NCBI RefSeq assembly: GCF_006345805.1
Contig: NC_042999.1
Coordinates: forward strand, 78,740,001 to 78,804,000
Source: Octopus sinensis
Taxonomy: Eukaryota
Length of the DNA: 64,000 bases
Direction of reading: 5' to 3'
Below, one piece after another: positions 1 to 13,121 of this stretch. Made by a program: the position numbers and the translations under genes. The notes below the pieces were generated by a model, which ran no database searches, had not been told where the DNA came from, and saw nothing but the letters and a program-made list of their open reading frames with translations. How positions within the stretch are numbered: the stretch's first letter is position 1; every line of letters begins with the position of its first letter.

Positions 1-759
1 TGTATGATATTGGTGAAGAATTTACCAATAAAGAAATTAATGGCAGCGTAGAGTTGTAAAACAGAAAGGCTAACGTTTCGCCATAAATACATTAATATAT
101 TCTGCTGACAGCAATGTACTATTTGAAGGGATAACACACGGCTTTATATCTGATTTATCACACTCAACTTGAATTAAACTGTTTCGAAAAATCTCGCGTG
201 ACTCTTCCAAAAATAAATATTGCCCAAAGCTAATATTTATTAACTAAGTGAATGTGAAGCATTCACAACTTGTATTCACCCATTTATTTGCTTTATTCGT
301 CTGTCTATTTATTTATTATGATAACCATTTCGACATTTGTTGAAGTTGGAATCAAATTTTTGACAGTGTCAAGCACTAAATTTTACTCAAAACTGATGTA
401 TACGTTCTGAATAGAAATAAAAATTGATCTCTCCTTTCAGCTAAAGATTTTATTTTTCTGTACTGACAAAAGGAGTCAGCAAGTTTAGAGCTTCTTTTAG
501 ACAAGTAAACAAAAATATTGAGCGATTATCAGAAAGATCGTATTCGGTTACAATAGGCAAAATGTTAGAATGCTTAGCTTTTAAAAGCCGAGTTCATATA
601 GCGGTAGTGTACCAAATATTGGTGTATTTTTCTATTGGAAATAGCACGTTGAATGGGCAAATATTATTCTTGTCTTGTAATACTGTGTTCAGTTTCTCTC
701 GCGAGGAGTATTACAATAGTTTATCGGAGTTCCAGCTTAATCTCGATTTTATTTTTAAT

Positions 760-1400
760 CACTGAACTGCAGGCTTTCCAACAAGGATTGTTTCAAGTGA
801 AGAGGCTACATTTAAATAAAATGACTTAATCTCCAACACTGCACATATTACAGAGGAACGTCATGTTACAGTAGAGTGTAGTTTATCGTCAAACGTATTA
901 ATTGGACCATTGTTTTTTGACGGCACTATGACTAGTCCCATTTATTCCAACTTGCCGCAATAATCTGTCAATCCAAGCATTCAAGAGAACTTCAAATATG
1001 TGCGTTTTATTTCTAGCAAAACGGAACACCCCAACAATGTCAAAATTGTAAGGACCTACTTTGATGAGATTTTACTAGAGGGATGAAGAGTTTCAGTGAA
1101 ATATCCTTTGCTTTCAGCAGACTTCACACCATTAGACATTTTAATGAGGTACTTATAAAATAAGTACACACTCGACGTATTGGGAGCAAACATTGAATGA
1201 AATACGCATAAAATGCCGTTTGCGATTCGATTGGTTGGTGTTATCAGCAGTGCCTGGACGAGAATGATCATCAATTTGAAAACAGGCATTCATAAAAAAA
1301 ATAAAATTCTGCATGTTGATTCTTTTACATTTTGAAAATGAAATGTATTTTTAAGATATAATAAACACAATATGGCCGTACATTTTTTGAATACACCTTA
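760..1400 (+). mobile_element. Decayed Tc1/mariner-superfamily transposase remnant with right terminus
   Basis: Frameshifted translation gives IVSSEEATFK (cf. WSDEATF), IGPLFFDG, FYF*QNGTPQ (cf. FQQDGAPPH) and YPLLSADFTPLD (cf. YPPRSPDLTPLD). It ends in TIR-like ...TTTTTTGAATACACCT-TA at about 1398. I did not find the left TIR. Confidence 0.75.
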
Positions 1401-1809
1401 TGCATGCATATTCCCTTCTCTTCGTGTTATGTCAGCCTGCAGTCAAATGGCTCACTTTACACTGACTGATTGGTAATAATCCCCTATTTGCAATTCAGTT
1501 TTTATAATTGAAGTAAAGCTTGTAATAAGACAAGAAGGGATCAGTAGAAAACAATATATGCTGAGAGTGTGAACGATCAGTTCAGGAAAAAATTGCAACA
1601 GGCAGTTTGATAATTTTTACATTTCTCTAATAGATATATCTTTTGTAGAAAGCGTCGTATAGGAGAACAAATTTCATCACGAAGTAACTACATACCGCTA
1701 TGAAGGAACCGTAAATAATTAAAACACTAGAAGTAATATGTTTATAGCCACTAATTTTACATAAATAAGAAAAATCCTATTTCATATTTAAGAGATGAGG
1801 AATTATGTA

Positions 1810-1908
1810 CATTATTTACATTATTTACATTTGACGGATATTTGTCCTATATGAACAGCTAACAAGATGAGGACAATTATCCGTAAAATGTAAATAATGT
1901 AAATAATG
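1810..1908. repeat. Inverted repeat, 39-bp arms, 21-nt spacer
   Basis: 1810-1848 is the reverse complement of 1870-1908 with 2 mismatches. Confidence 0.9.
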
Positions 1909-2749
1909 CAAGAAAATCCCTGTTATTTCTTCCTTTCAAAGGGATGGGAATTTTAAAGATTTAAAAAAATGTCTTGTGCTATTTAGTTACTCCTTTTTAC
2001 CTTCTGAGTTCAGATCCACCACAGATCAAGTTCACCATTTATAATTTTGGTATCGAAAAAATTATCGACCATTATAATTGCGATAATCTATTCCTTCAGA
2101 ATCGGTGGAGTTGTACTAACTTAGAAGTCAGTGTTACTATATTTCCACGTTGTCATAAAACCATCACAAAGATAATTCAGTTGCTTATACCTTCAAGACA
2201 GACTTAGTGGCAATCGATTACCTAACAAACGCCTTGGATAATTAGGATAAAATGAGAAAATTAAAATTAGTAATGAGAGATTATATGTAACAGATGATAC
2301 GATCTACTCTGCAATTTCTTTCTAGTCCAACTAAAATAATAACAAAAACAAAACAAAAATACTTTTACTCCTGAATTTGAAAGTATGAGCAGATCCTAAG
2401 CTAAATGGCGGCATTATATATTTTGAACTATATACTTAAGCGCGCGTCATACATGACCGGCTTGCCAACAACCTGTCCACCATAGGTGAATCAAAGATGA
2501 TTTGGGACTACATAGAACAAAAAAGATAACTCTGAAGAGAACTGATTAGCATAGTGTATTACGAATAATGTCAGTTAATCATACTTAGGTTCAATTCTCG
2601 TATATACAAGAATAATATAAAATACTCATAGACAAGCAATTGAACCAAAGACGGAAGCACATTGGATCATAAGACGGTTCAGTTAAGACTCATCTGGGGC
2701 TAAGAAGCAAAAGTATCGTAGATATTCAATAAAAATCATACCTCCTTAT

Positions 2750-2753
2750 AAGA

Positions 2754-2784
<31 letters not shown>

Positions 2785-2883
2785 GGTCCCGGGTTGATTC
2801 GGGGTTAACCACAGTAAATAAGGTACTCAATACATAGCAGAGTAAAATTAATTTATTATATAGAAGCTCCTTCTATATAATAA

Positions 2884-2917
<34 letters not shown>

Positions 2918-2956
2918 AAATATTATAGCTATATCTATCTATCTATCTATCTATTA

Positions 2957-2998
<42 letters not shown>

Positions 2999-3057
2999 GC
3001 CTGTCTATATATATGCATATATACCGCCTTATAAGGATACACACACACATATATACA

Positions 3058-3097
<40 letters not shown>

Positions 3098-3550
3098 TAC
3101 ATACATACGTACATACATACATACATACATACATACATACATACAACATACATACATACATACATACATACATACATACATACATACATACATACATACA
3201 TACATGTATAAATCATAGGGACACACAAATGTGCCTGCCTGCTAGAAAGAAGAGTTATTTGCTATTTTAGGCATGCAACCATTTGTATTATGTTTGGTGT
3301 TATTATCAACTATTTATATTACCCTGGATAATAATGACAATAATAATATGTATATCAACTTTCATTCCTGAATATTTGCTCCTTATTGGTATATAAATAT
3401 ATATGTCTATGTATGTATGTATGTATGTATGTATGTATGTATGTATGTATGTATGTATGTATGTATGTATGTATGTATATATATATATATGTATACACAT
3501 ACATATACTATATATTTAATATATATATAATATATATATATAATATATAA

Positions 3551-3589
<39 letters not shown>

Positions 3590-3903
3590 GTGGTGCTATT
3601 AAGTTAGACATGGCTTGGACGAATCTTTGGTCGAAATATATCTAAGTTTACCTAAGTTTATCTAAGTTTATATATATATATAATATATATATATAATATA
3701 TATATATATAATATATATATATATTATACATACATAGACGTTATGAGAGGTAATGTTGTGAATAAGACCTAAAGGTGTCAGGTATGCTGAGTAAGTGCTA
3801 TAGATTGACCATAGTTAAGATCCCGGTTCGGTGATTATGCGAATAAGGATTCCAACGTAGGTCATCTAATACTGAATGTCATAAGACCAACTCCAAGCTC
3901 TTG

Positions 3904-3952
<49 letters not shown>

Positions 3953-3996
3953 TATTATATATATATATATATATGTCTATACACACACACACTCAC

Positions 3997-4036
<40 letters not shown>

Positions 4037-4070
4037 ATATAATCCATATACATATATATAATAGATAAAT
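2750..4070. repeat. Compound microsatellite field (TA, TG, TATC, CATA/TATG) with short unique inserts
   Basis: Directly visible tandem repeats. Confidence 0.95.
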
Positions 4071-4462
4071 TTTCCTTGATATAAATATAAACTACTTACA
4101 GATACGTCCACACCTACAGGTTTATGTATATCTCTAATACTGATTGTCATAAGAACAACACATAAATTCTAGAATGTTTTAGTGCGAATCAGCTTCAGTA
4201 CTCAGAACAGCAAATCCATTCCATTTAAGTTACTGAAGTCGTTGGGAAAACGATGACGTCATAAAATCCGATTTCTATTTCGCATAGAATTATCTTTAAA
4301 ACAATATGCGTGTGTGCGCATTAGTTGTATGTGTGTGTGTGTTTGTGTGACTTTGTGTGTGTATGTGTGCGTGTGAGTATGTGCCACCGTATGTGTGTTT
4401 TTTATACACACACACGCGAAACACACATGTATATTTAAGTATATGTGTGTTTGTCTCAGTTC

Positions 4463-4510
<48 letters not shown>

Positions 4511-5068
4511 CTGCTTGCTTCTTCACATATGGCGGGACATGCCTACAAATTTTAACATAATTAACATCTGGATCCTGTGAGACTGACCAATTAAAAATGG
4601 TTTTTCTTTCTCTTACAAGAACAACAAACCGAAAAAATAATAAAAACCGAAAAGAATATTTGTAAACTTTTCCTTTAGAAAAAATAGAAAGTTTTGGAGT
4701 TTTTGGAGTGTAGAAGTGTTATTAACGACAAATGTGAAATGATATGATCTTAGCTGGGAATTGAAACCATGTCATGGATTCTCTTTGATCCGATCTTATC
4801 GTCAAAGTTTAGTCGCTTTCACCATATGAATAAATAGTTAAAAATGTGAGCCAATGGGTGACATTGCCTTGTTAAAAATAGCAGCCAAATGTCCTCAGAA
4901 TGTGTTGCAATAGAGGTGGTGACATTATGTCTTAAAATGTGGTCGTGCAACGCTTAGAACATATTTGTAACTCTCTTCCTGCAAGGATGGCTCTGTAATA
5001 CGAACTTGAGGACCAACCAAAGCTAATACGGGACAGAAATTCTTGATGTGGCGTAATGAAAGGCATCT

Positions 5069-5199
5069 GTCTTCTTCTTCTTCTCTTTTTCTTTTTTTCT
5101 TCTTCTTCTCTTCTTCTTCTTCTTCTTCTTCTTCTTCTTCTTCCTCCTTCTTCTTCTCTTCTTCTTCTTCTCTTCTTCTTCTTCTTCTTCTTCTTCTTC

Positions 5200-5238
<39 letters not shown>
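5069..5238. repeat. (TCT)n followed by (AAT)n
   Basis: Directly visible. Confidence 0.95.
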
Positions 5239-5240
<2 letters not shown>

Positions 5241-5745
5241 CTGATTGGAAGTGTTATCATGTACATTGTTTTGTCTTGGTATAAAAGATGGACTACAGCA
5301 AATATTCTGCTCAATACCACAGATTTGCTTGTCAGTTGTTTGACCTTAACCATTGAGCATGTCCCTTAGTGGCTGACGATATGTGCATCTCTGATCACGA
5401 GCAGAAGTAGTGGGGGAGCATCATAGCCATGTGTTGAGAGGGATTCTTTGGGGTTTGAATAATTCACCTCTGGAAACATGGGTGGTTCTTTCAACATCCT
5501 TAAACAACCTTATTCAGGGACCTTTTGAGCGGGATGGGCTACTCAACCTGAAGAAAATTCTAACTGGGCCCCACCTGCAAGGCCATGTGCTGTTTATCTT
5601 GATATGAGATCACCATGTCGCGCACATATGGTTGTGATGCATGTGCCTGGTGTACCCTTATCAGACGGGTAGTCATGATGGGTATATTGGGCTTCGTATA
5701 TTTTACCCCAGTGTCACTTTGATGGCATGCACTGCTCTCTCACTC
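5239..5745 (+). mobile_element. 5'-truncated non-coding 3' end of a retroposon (non-LTR family unassigned), copy 1
   Basis: Highly similar to the reverse complement of 59181-59713. It ends in an (AAT)n tail and has no coding motif that I can read. Confidence 0.75.
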
Positions 5746-5769
5746 AATAATAATAATAACAATAATTCT

Positions 5770-5921
5770 TTCTCCAAGAGGCACAAGGCCTGAAATTCAC
5801 TGGTACTTAATTTATCGATCTCGAAGGGATGAAAGACAAAGTCGACCTCGATGAAATTTGAATCCAGAGCGTAGTAGCAGACGCCTGGCTTGCTAACGAT
5901 TCTGACAGCTCGCCGCCTTTC

Positions 5922-5977
<56 letters not shown>

Positions 5978-6146
5978 GTTTCAAATTTTGCCAAAAGTGA
6001 AACAATTTTAGGGGAGGGGATGAGTCAATTATATCGACTTAAGGATTAAAGGTAAAGTCGACCCCGGCGGAATTTGAACTCAGACGCAGCGACGGGCGAA
6101 AACAGATAAGCATATCGTCCAGCGCGCTAACGATTCTGCCAACTCG
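5770..6146 (-). mobile_element. Two partial copies of tRNA-related SINE family A (head GGCGAGCTGGCAGAA)
   Basis: Both contain the reverse complement of the family core GAGTTCAAATT..GAGGTCGACTTT and the head (about 5770-5920 and 6005-6146), separated by (AAT)n. Confidence 0.85.
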
Positions 6147-6419
6147 AATAATAATAATAATAATAATAATAAATAATAATAATAATAATAATACTAATAC
6201 TAATAATAATAATAATAATAATATTAATGATGATTATGATTATTATCATTATTATTATTTTATATTTTTATTATCATTCATTTTGTTCATCCCGTGCAAG
6301 TTCCCGTGTATTCATGATAATTTTATTCATTTTAGTCAATTTTAGAAAAATTGAATCACATCTGCGACAATTTCGGAGCGCATTGAACCTATTTTGTGCG
6401 TGACCTTTAACCCATCCTG

Positions 6420-6493
<74 letters not shown>

Positions 6494-7362
6494 AGAAAAT
6501 GGACAACAAAATTGTGAACTTGGAACCTAACGGATGGCCAATTATAAGTACTTACACTGCGTACCTTTTCGTTTAGATCATCAATGAACTATAACCCCCT
6601 CATATTCTGTATTTTATATAATATAGACCTGTGTGTGTATGTATTCGCTTTTCACGCGATTACGGCTGCGCGAATTGCTTCCATACTTGGGATGCAAAAA
6701 TAATTTTACCTCGGATACATAATAGTGTTTTCGAATAATATTATAAATAATATTGCTTTCTATATACGATTCACTTCTTTAAAAAGGCTTCCGGTATTGA
6801 CGTAGCAACGTCGAAACTTTTCTTTTTCATTTGTGAAATCTCTCACTCACTATTTTAATGTTTTCATTTCAAGTTTTAATTCGCTTTTGCAAACAGCTAC
6901 GATAAATTACTGAAAGAAATATTTACTAAGTTCACAAATTTAACTATTCGATACAAGTTTTTAACGAGCTTTTATTTATACGACTCTCTCATTCCATGTT
7001 TATTTCAGTTATTGTTTGCAATGTTCTCTCTCCCCTCTTTCTCTCTCTCTCTCACACACACGTCAGTTACACACGCACACGTATGTTTCTGTATGTACGT
7101 TTGTATAAATTTATGTACGTTTGCATACTTTTATGTACGTATGTGTGTGTGTGTGTGAGAGAGAGAGGGGGAGAGAGAGAGACAGAAAGAGAATAGAGAG
7201 TCAGTCAAGAGGTGTTGTCATGTATACGTACATACATAAATACATATGCATACATTTTTGTAAGTATGTGTGCACGCTCATCCATGTGCATGTATATATG
7301 TCTCTCTCACATACGTCCGTTTCATCTGATGTTTCATACTGTATGTATGTATGTGTGTGTGT

Positions 7363-7398
<36 letters not shown>

Positions 7399-7464
7399 CG
7401 TGTGTGCGTGCGTGCCTGACGGCGGCGTTCCACAGTCGCCATTTATTTCAATCACACATTTCAA

Positions 7465-7837
7465 TCACCCATTTTAATTTCCGAAAAAATTCCCAAGAAC
7501 AACGTTCTCACTCTCTACGAGAGGAGCCGGGGTAGATGTAGATGATCAGCATTCTACGGTGAAGCAAATGCGAGTACAGGTAGCCAGAATCAATGTTGAA
7601 TTCTGCAACTCTGCTAACTCTTTTAAGTATGTTTGCAAATGTATAAACAAAGGTATAAAAGATGCTGTAACAAACACTCTTACGCAGAATGGCAGTCAGT
7701 AGATAAAGAAAAATGACGAGGATGTATAGTATGACAGAGGTAGATACATCAGTACCAATAAGACTTTTTGGCGTATCTTCAATTTTCCCATTCATGAGAG
7801 GCACCCAATTATCATTTATCTGAGTGTCCATCTAGAG
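7465..7837 (+). mobile_element. Helitron Rep/helicase coding remnant
   Basis: Translates to INVEFCNSANSFKYVCKCINKG ... GRYISTNKTFWRIFNFPIHERHPIIIYLSVHLE, matching conserved Helitron motifs (INVE.CNS..SIKY..KY..KG; RYIS..EA.WRI..FPIHER.P.V..L.VHLE). It is cut off exactly where the hAT begins. Confidence 0.9.
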
Positions 7838-8900
7838 CAGTGCTTCCAAAACCGTGCGGCGCGGCGCACTGGTGCGCCTCGAAAAAGTTAGCTTATATTT
7901 CAAAATACGAAAAACACAAACCGAAATTCACTAGAAAGTTCATATATAAATGTTTAAGTGGTAAAAAAAACTAAATACTAAGTTCTAAACTAAAAATGAG
8001 AGGTGGTTGTGTCATTCAATTTGTTTAGGCTAATTATGGTATGACAGTGTTTTTCAATTTTGAATCTGAAATTTCATAAGGATAAGAACTAAATTAACAT
8101 CAATCTATCCTCGAAATTGACATCTTATAGACATATTCAGTACACGATAATGTTTTAGTTTTATTTCGGTCGTAGCCTCTGTAGCTTTCATTCCAATAAG
8201 TGTGAAAAATAAACTATTGAACTAAAATATACGATGTTGAACTAAATCTTTTAATACGTCCTCACGTATTGCGGCTGTATTTCAATTTTTTCATTCATAT
8301 AGTGGCAAGAATTTTCATCTTTTCAATTAATTTTGAAAGACTTCTCAAAAGAATCCGATATGTGACACGCTGCCACTTTTCACAGCTCACTTGTCACTTG
8401 TCTCAGTGTGACTCTATTAGTAATCTGTGCTTTTTGTGCGATACAATTCATATTAATAGACTAAATTACCCATAAAATGGAAAAGTTAATTAAGAGGAAA
8501 CATATCCGTGACGATTATGAATCTGAAAGTGAACGTTCGTCAAAAGCAACTTTGCGTAGTGATAATAATGCGAAAACTCGACCCAAACGTAAATATTGCA
8601 ATAGCTATTTAAAGTTTGGGTTTCATTGGACTGACAACGAGGATCAACCTCTTCCGCTGTGTGTTGTTTGTGGTAAAAAGATGTCTAACGAGGGCATGTT
8701 ACCTAGCAAGTTGAAAAGACATTTTACAACTAAACACTCATCTTCAATGTAAAAATCTGAATTATTTCCAAAGACTGCCAGAACAGCAATCTAAACAAAG
8801 AATTCCCAGCACAAGCGTTTACTTTTAAACACAAAATCCAAATGGCTCTCAAAAGGTAAGGTGCTACGTCACATATATGAACTCCAGAAGGAATTGCCAA
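7838..8900 (+). mobile_element. hAT (Charlie/Buster-type) DNA transposon, left end, internally deleted
   Basis: Starts with TIR CAGTGCTTCCAAAACC immediately after ATCTAGAG (7830-7837), which fits the Charlie-type NTCTAGAN target. I did not see the right TIR. Confidence 0.88.
8477..8900 (+). pseudogene. hAT transposase pseudogene (BED-type zinc finger N-terminus plus a fragment of the catalytic region)
   Basis: KRKYCNSYLKFGF...PLCVVCGKKMSNEGMLPSKLKRHFTTKH, then a frameshift to KNLNYFQRL, then a jump to KWLSKGKVLRHIYELQKEL (cf. RWLSRGKVL.R.YEL..EL). Confidence 0.85.
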
Positions 8901-8981
8901 ACCAAGCCAAGCCCCTAGTATTAGTGACTTCAATGGTCGCCATAGCGCTGACTGTGGTGTCGTAGCCTTGGACAGTCAACC

Positions 8982-9322
8982 CAATGGGGCCCAGATATGT
9001 AACACACTGCCTAAATACTCAGTCTTGAGAAATTGGTCTTCTTAGGACCAGAAAGGAGAAAGCTAATTCGAAAACTACAGATCCAATCCATCACTGGAAC
9101 TGTAAAAATCTGTGAAACTTTCCAGAAGTTTGTCATTTAAATATATATGAGCATGTCTAGATATGCAGCTATATGCATGAGAATACATACATACATATAT
9201 ACATACAAACAAAAATACCCTGTTGTTGATGTTGAAATTCCATTGAAGGAACCTTGGATCTAGGTTAGAAACCGTTTCTTTCTCTGTTGGCAAGAAATCT
9301 TAAAATAAACTGAATAATGACA
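8982..9322 (+). mobile_element. 3' end of an RLE-type non-LTR retrotransposon (R4/Dong-like)
   Basis: GA(LG)YVTHCL ... LEKLVFLGPERRKLIRKLQIQSITGTVKICETFQKFVI* (stop 9138-9140) resembles the C-terminus of restriction-like-endonuclease LINEs (P.IIGALG...LQ...I.GT.KI), followed by a short 3' UTR. The clade assignment is from recall, not a search. Confidence 0.7.
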
Positions 9323-9369
9323 TGCATACACACACAAACACACACATATATATACATACATACACGTGT

Positions 9370-9413
<44 letters not shown>

Positions 9414-9445
9414 TAATATATTATATATATTATTTATATTATATA

Positions 9446-9681
9446 TATTTGGAGAGAAGATTTTTTTCTCAACGAGTTAAGATTGAGAGAAGAATCTTTT
9501 TAGAAAGTTGAAAGTCACTAACCTTTGGGAAGAGATTTCACAAAATGTGTGTGGCTTTGCTTTTATAAATGTGCAAGCGCTTTCTGTTGTAACGTTTTCA
9601 AGCACATGTTATTACATACGTACTTTCTAAAAAGATTCTTTTCTCAATATTAAATCTTGAGAAAAATCTTCCCCCCAAATA
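9446..9681. mobile_element. MITE-like element with ~60-bp imperfect TIRs in TA-rich flanks
   Basis: 9446-9508 is approximately the reverse complement of 9622-9681. Confidence 0.65.
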
Positions 9682-9732
9682 TTATACTGTACCAAGGAAT
9701 CCAAAACACACATGCCCCCTCTCCCGCTTCCT

Positions 9733-9845
<113 letters not shown>

Positions 9846-11166
9846 GTGTTGTGTGTGGTGTGTGTGTGTGTATGTGTATGTGTGCGCGCGCGTGTGTGCA
9901 TACATACATATATATATTTATGTATCGGAGTATGCAATTGATAATGAGTAATAACGCAGAATATCACCTTTTACAGTCCACTGATTGATTATCAGTCCAC
10001 CTCCATGTGTTTTTACATGCATACTACAAAAGGAAGATATATTCTCCGTAACAATTACTACTACTGCGAAAGTATGTCAATGCTTGAGTAGACAATTGTT
10101 ACTTAAATAAAAACGTAGATGGCTTTATTTTGATCGTCGCAGCTTAACGTGCGTAAATAAATTAATTCCAGCTTAACAAAGCTTAGTATACGCCTGCAAA
10201 CGTGTTTCGCTGTTTATATATAGGAACGGCACAGTTCCTACAGGATTGTAAAAAAAATATTGTTAACTGAAGAACCGTAACCACGCAGAGACACGTGTAT
10301 TACAGCCCAGTTACATCAGTCTGAGCCCAGCGTGCTATTTTACCCACTTTATATATAAAGAGAATATCTTCCCCAAGCCAATTATTACTATAATGAAAAG
10401 CTTACCACGATTGAGTGTAAAGATGCGTGTAAATATAAATATCCTCAAATATATTTCAATCTTCGCCGCTTAGGGGACTTAAACTAATATATATAATATA
10501 TATATATATCTATATGCGCGTATTATAAAGCACACACTTACATGCTTGCGTGTGCCTATGTCTGTAATATGTGTATGTGCGCGCGCGTGTGTGTATATAT
10601 TCATGTATGTTTCTATGTGGTGTGTATCTATTGTGTGTATGCTGAAACAAATAGATTTACTTATGTAGAAAAAAAATAGATGAATAAAGGAATAAAGGAA
10701 AGTAGCAAAAATTCCAAATAATAGAACTGAAAATAATTAAAACCCCAGGAACACCATCACTACAACGACCACTACCAACGGCAACAACAACAATTGCAAC
10801 AACAGAAATAAAACAAAATATTCGCAAGAAAAAAATAGCAAAGAGAAGGAAGAAAACTAACACAAACGTAAAATTAAGCTCTATAGACATGCTTTCCTTA
10901 TATAAAAATTGAAGAACGAAATAAATTCTGAAACAGAATCTGGAAGTAGTGTTCTCGTCTTTGTAGGCATATATTAATTGTTTCTTGTGTGAAATTGAGC
11001 CGAGTTGTGTTAAAGCTATCAATCAGTCACCAGATGGCGACCGGGCATATACATACATACATACATACATACATACATGTATATACATATACTTATATAT
11101 CAATATACATATATATAAATATAAATATACGTAGATATATGCACCATATATATATACACATTGGTG

Positions 11167-11200
<34 letters not shown>

Positions 11201-11283
11201 TATATATATACATAGTTGTATATGTGTATGTGTGTGTATATACATACATACACACACACACACAAACATACACACACACACAA

Positions 11284-11320
<37 letters not shown>

Positions 11321-11789
11321 AATTCATATTCATATGTACATATACATACATGTACACCCACACACATACAAACACACACACAGACATATATATCTATACA
11401 AATACATACATACACACTTGAATACATAGTTTGACTTCGGTAACAATGGATTCAGCCAGACTATCCATTATACATGTAACAACATATCATACACACTTGG
11501 CAGATTTGACTTCTGCTGATGCTTTTCTGACTTGCTTCCTCATTTGTTTTATTATTTACTTCAATTATTTTTTACTTTTCATTCCTGTTGATTTTGGTTT
11601 TTCTTCAACCTTTTATATTTTGCTCATGCTCATTCTGACCCCCGAGTCAACCAGAGAGAAAGTATCACAATGTGTGTGTGTGTTCATGTGTGTGTGTGTG
11701 TGTGTGCGTGTGCGTGTGTGCGCGCGCGAGCGTTTGTGTGTGGACATATTGGTATCTTGCGTATATAGGTATGCATGTATTCATACATA

Positions 11790-12241
11790 TCTATACATAT
11801 AAAGCCTAAGTTTTCTGTGTGTGTGTGTGTGTGTGTGTGGCAGGTTTGGTAGCCTTCAACTAACATTATCTCCTCTGAGACCCTGCGGCGCAAGTTGACT
11901 AAAATTGAAAGTATGATAGAAGAAGGCTTGCTCTTCATTCTGTAAAAGAAAAAATTCAAATCGGACCATGTTAAGACCAAAAATTATTTACATCAAAAAG
12001 GTACTTTTTTCTATGAAAATCACTATTTTTTACGACTTTTTGACTGCTGTGTCGCCATTTTTCGGTGTATTTCAACCAGAAAAATGTTCACTTAAAGAGA
12101 ATAACAAGCTACATAATGCAAAATTTTTACTTTTCAAAAAAGATTGAAACTATATCAAAACTTTGTGAACGCGACATCAAAGTCTGCCGTTTTAAGCGCA
12201 ACCAAAAAACAAACCCGAGCAACACCGGGCTATACTGCTAG
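11790..12241 (+). mobile_element. Complete non-autonomous Helitron
   Basis: Starts A|TCTATACATATAAAG followed by (TG)n. Ends with hairpin CCCG-AGCAACAC-CGGG (12214-12229), then CTAG|T at 12238-12242. The AT target has no TSD. Confidence 0.85.
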
Positions 12242-12255
12242 TGATATATATATAT

Positions 12256-12297
<42 letters not shown>

Positions 12298-13031
12298 ATA
12301 TATATGTAGTTTATGTGTTGTACTTGATAATGTTGTTTAGCCAAGGTCAAAAATGATTTAACAGACTTTTGATCTGAATTTATTCCATTTCCTAGTCAAT
12401 CGTTAGGAAAGTATCACACCCGATTTGTGTGTGTGCGCGCGTGCGTGCGCGTGCATCCGTATGTGTACGTGTGCCTGATTGAGAGTATGTCGGCGTACTC
12501 GGTATGCATATGTGTTTGTAGTATGTTTTGATGTTGTTTAACACAAAATAAACCCCGATGTCCATATTTAGGTCAGCATTATATAATATGCTATTGTTCA
12601 TATCAAAATAGTGCGGTTTGATTTTTGAAAAATTTGTTTGTTACCTGTAGCCATTTAGCGTATTAATTCCTATGTTTGTTCATTTCACATTCATTTGAAC
12701 AATTTCCTTTTTATCTTTATTTTATGGCGTTTTAATTCCATAAACAGCAACAGTTTCATGTTTGCCTCGCATTTATTGATAGCAAAATAATATTTTTTTT
12801 TTTAACATTGATCCAAAGACAAATATTTTGGAGTAAGGAAGAGTCAATTATATCAATCTCTGTATTTAACTGATATTTTATCGAATTCGAAAAGACGAAA
12901 GGTAAAGTCGGCCAAAATGATATTTAAATTAATAATGCACTTAGATTTTGTCAGATACAATTTTGATTTCCCCATTGCCATGCAGGCAATAGACATTTAA
13001 ATAATTAACCAAGATAAATATTTCGAAATGT

Positions 13032-13121
<90 letters not shown>

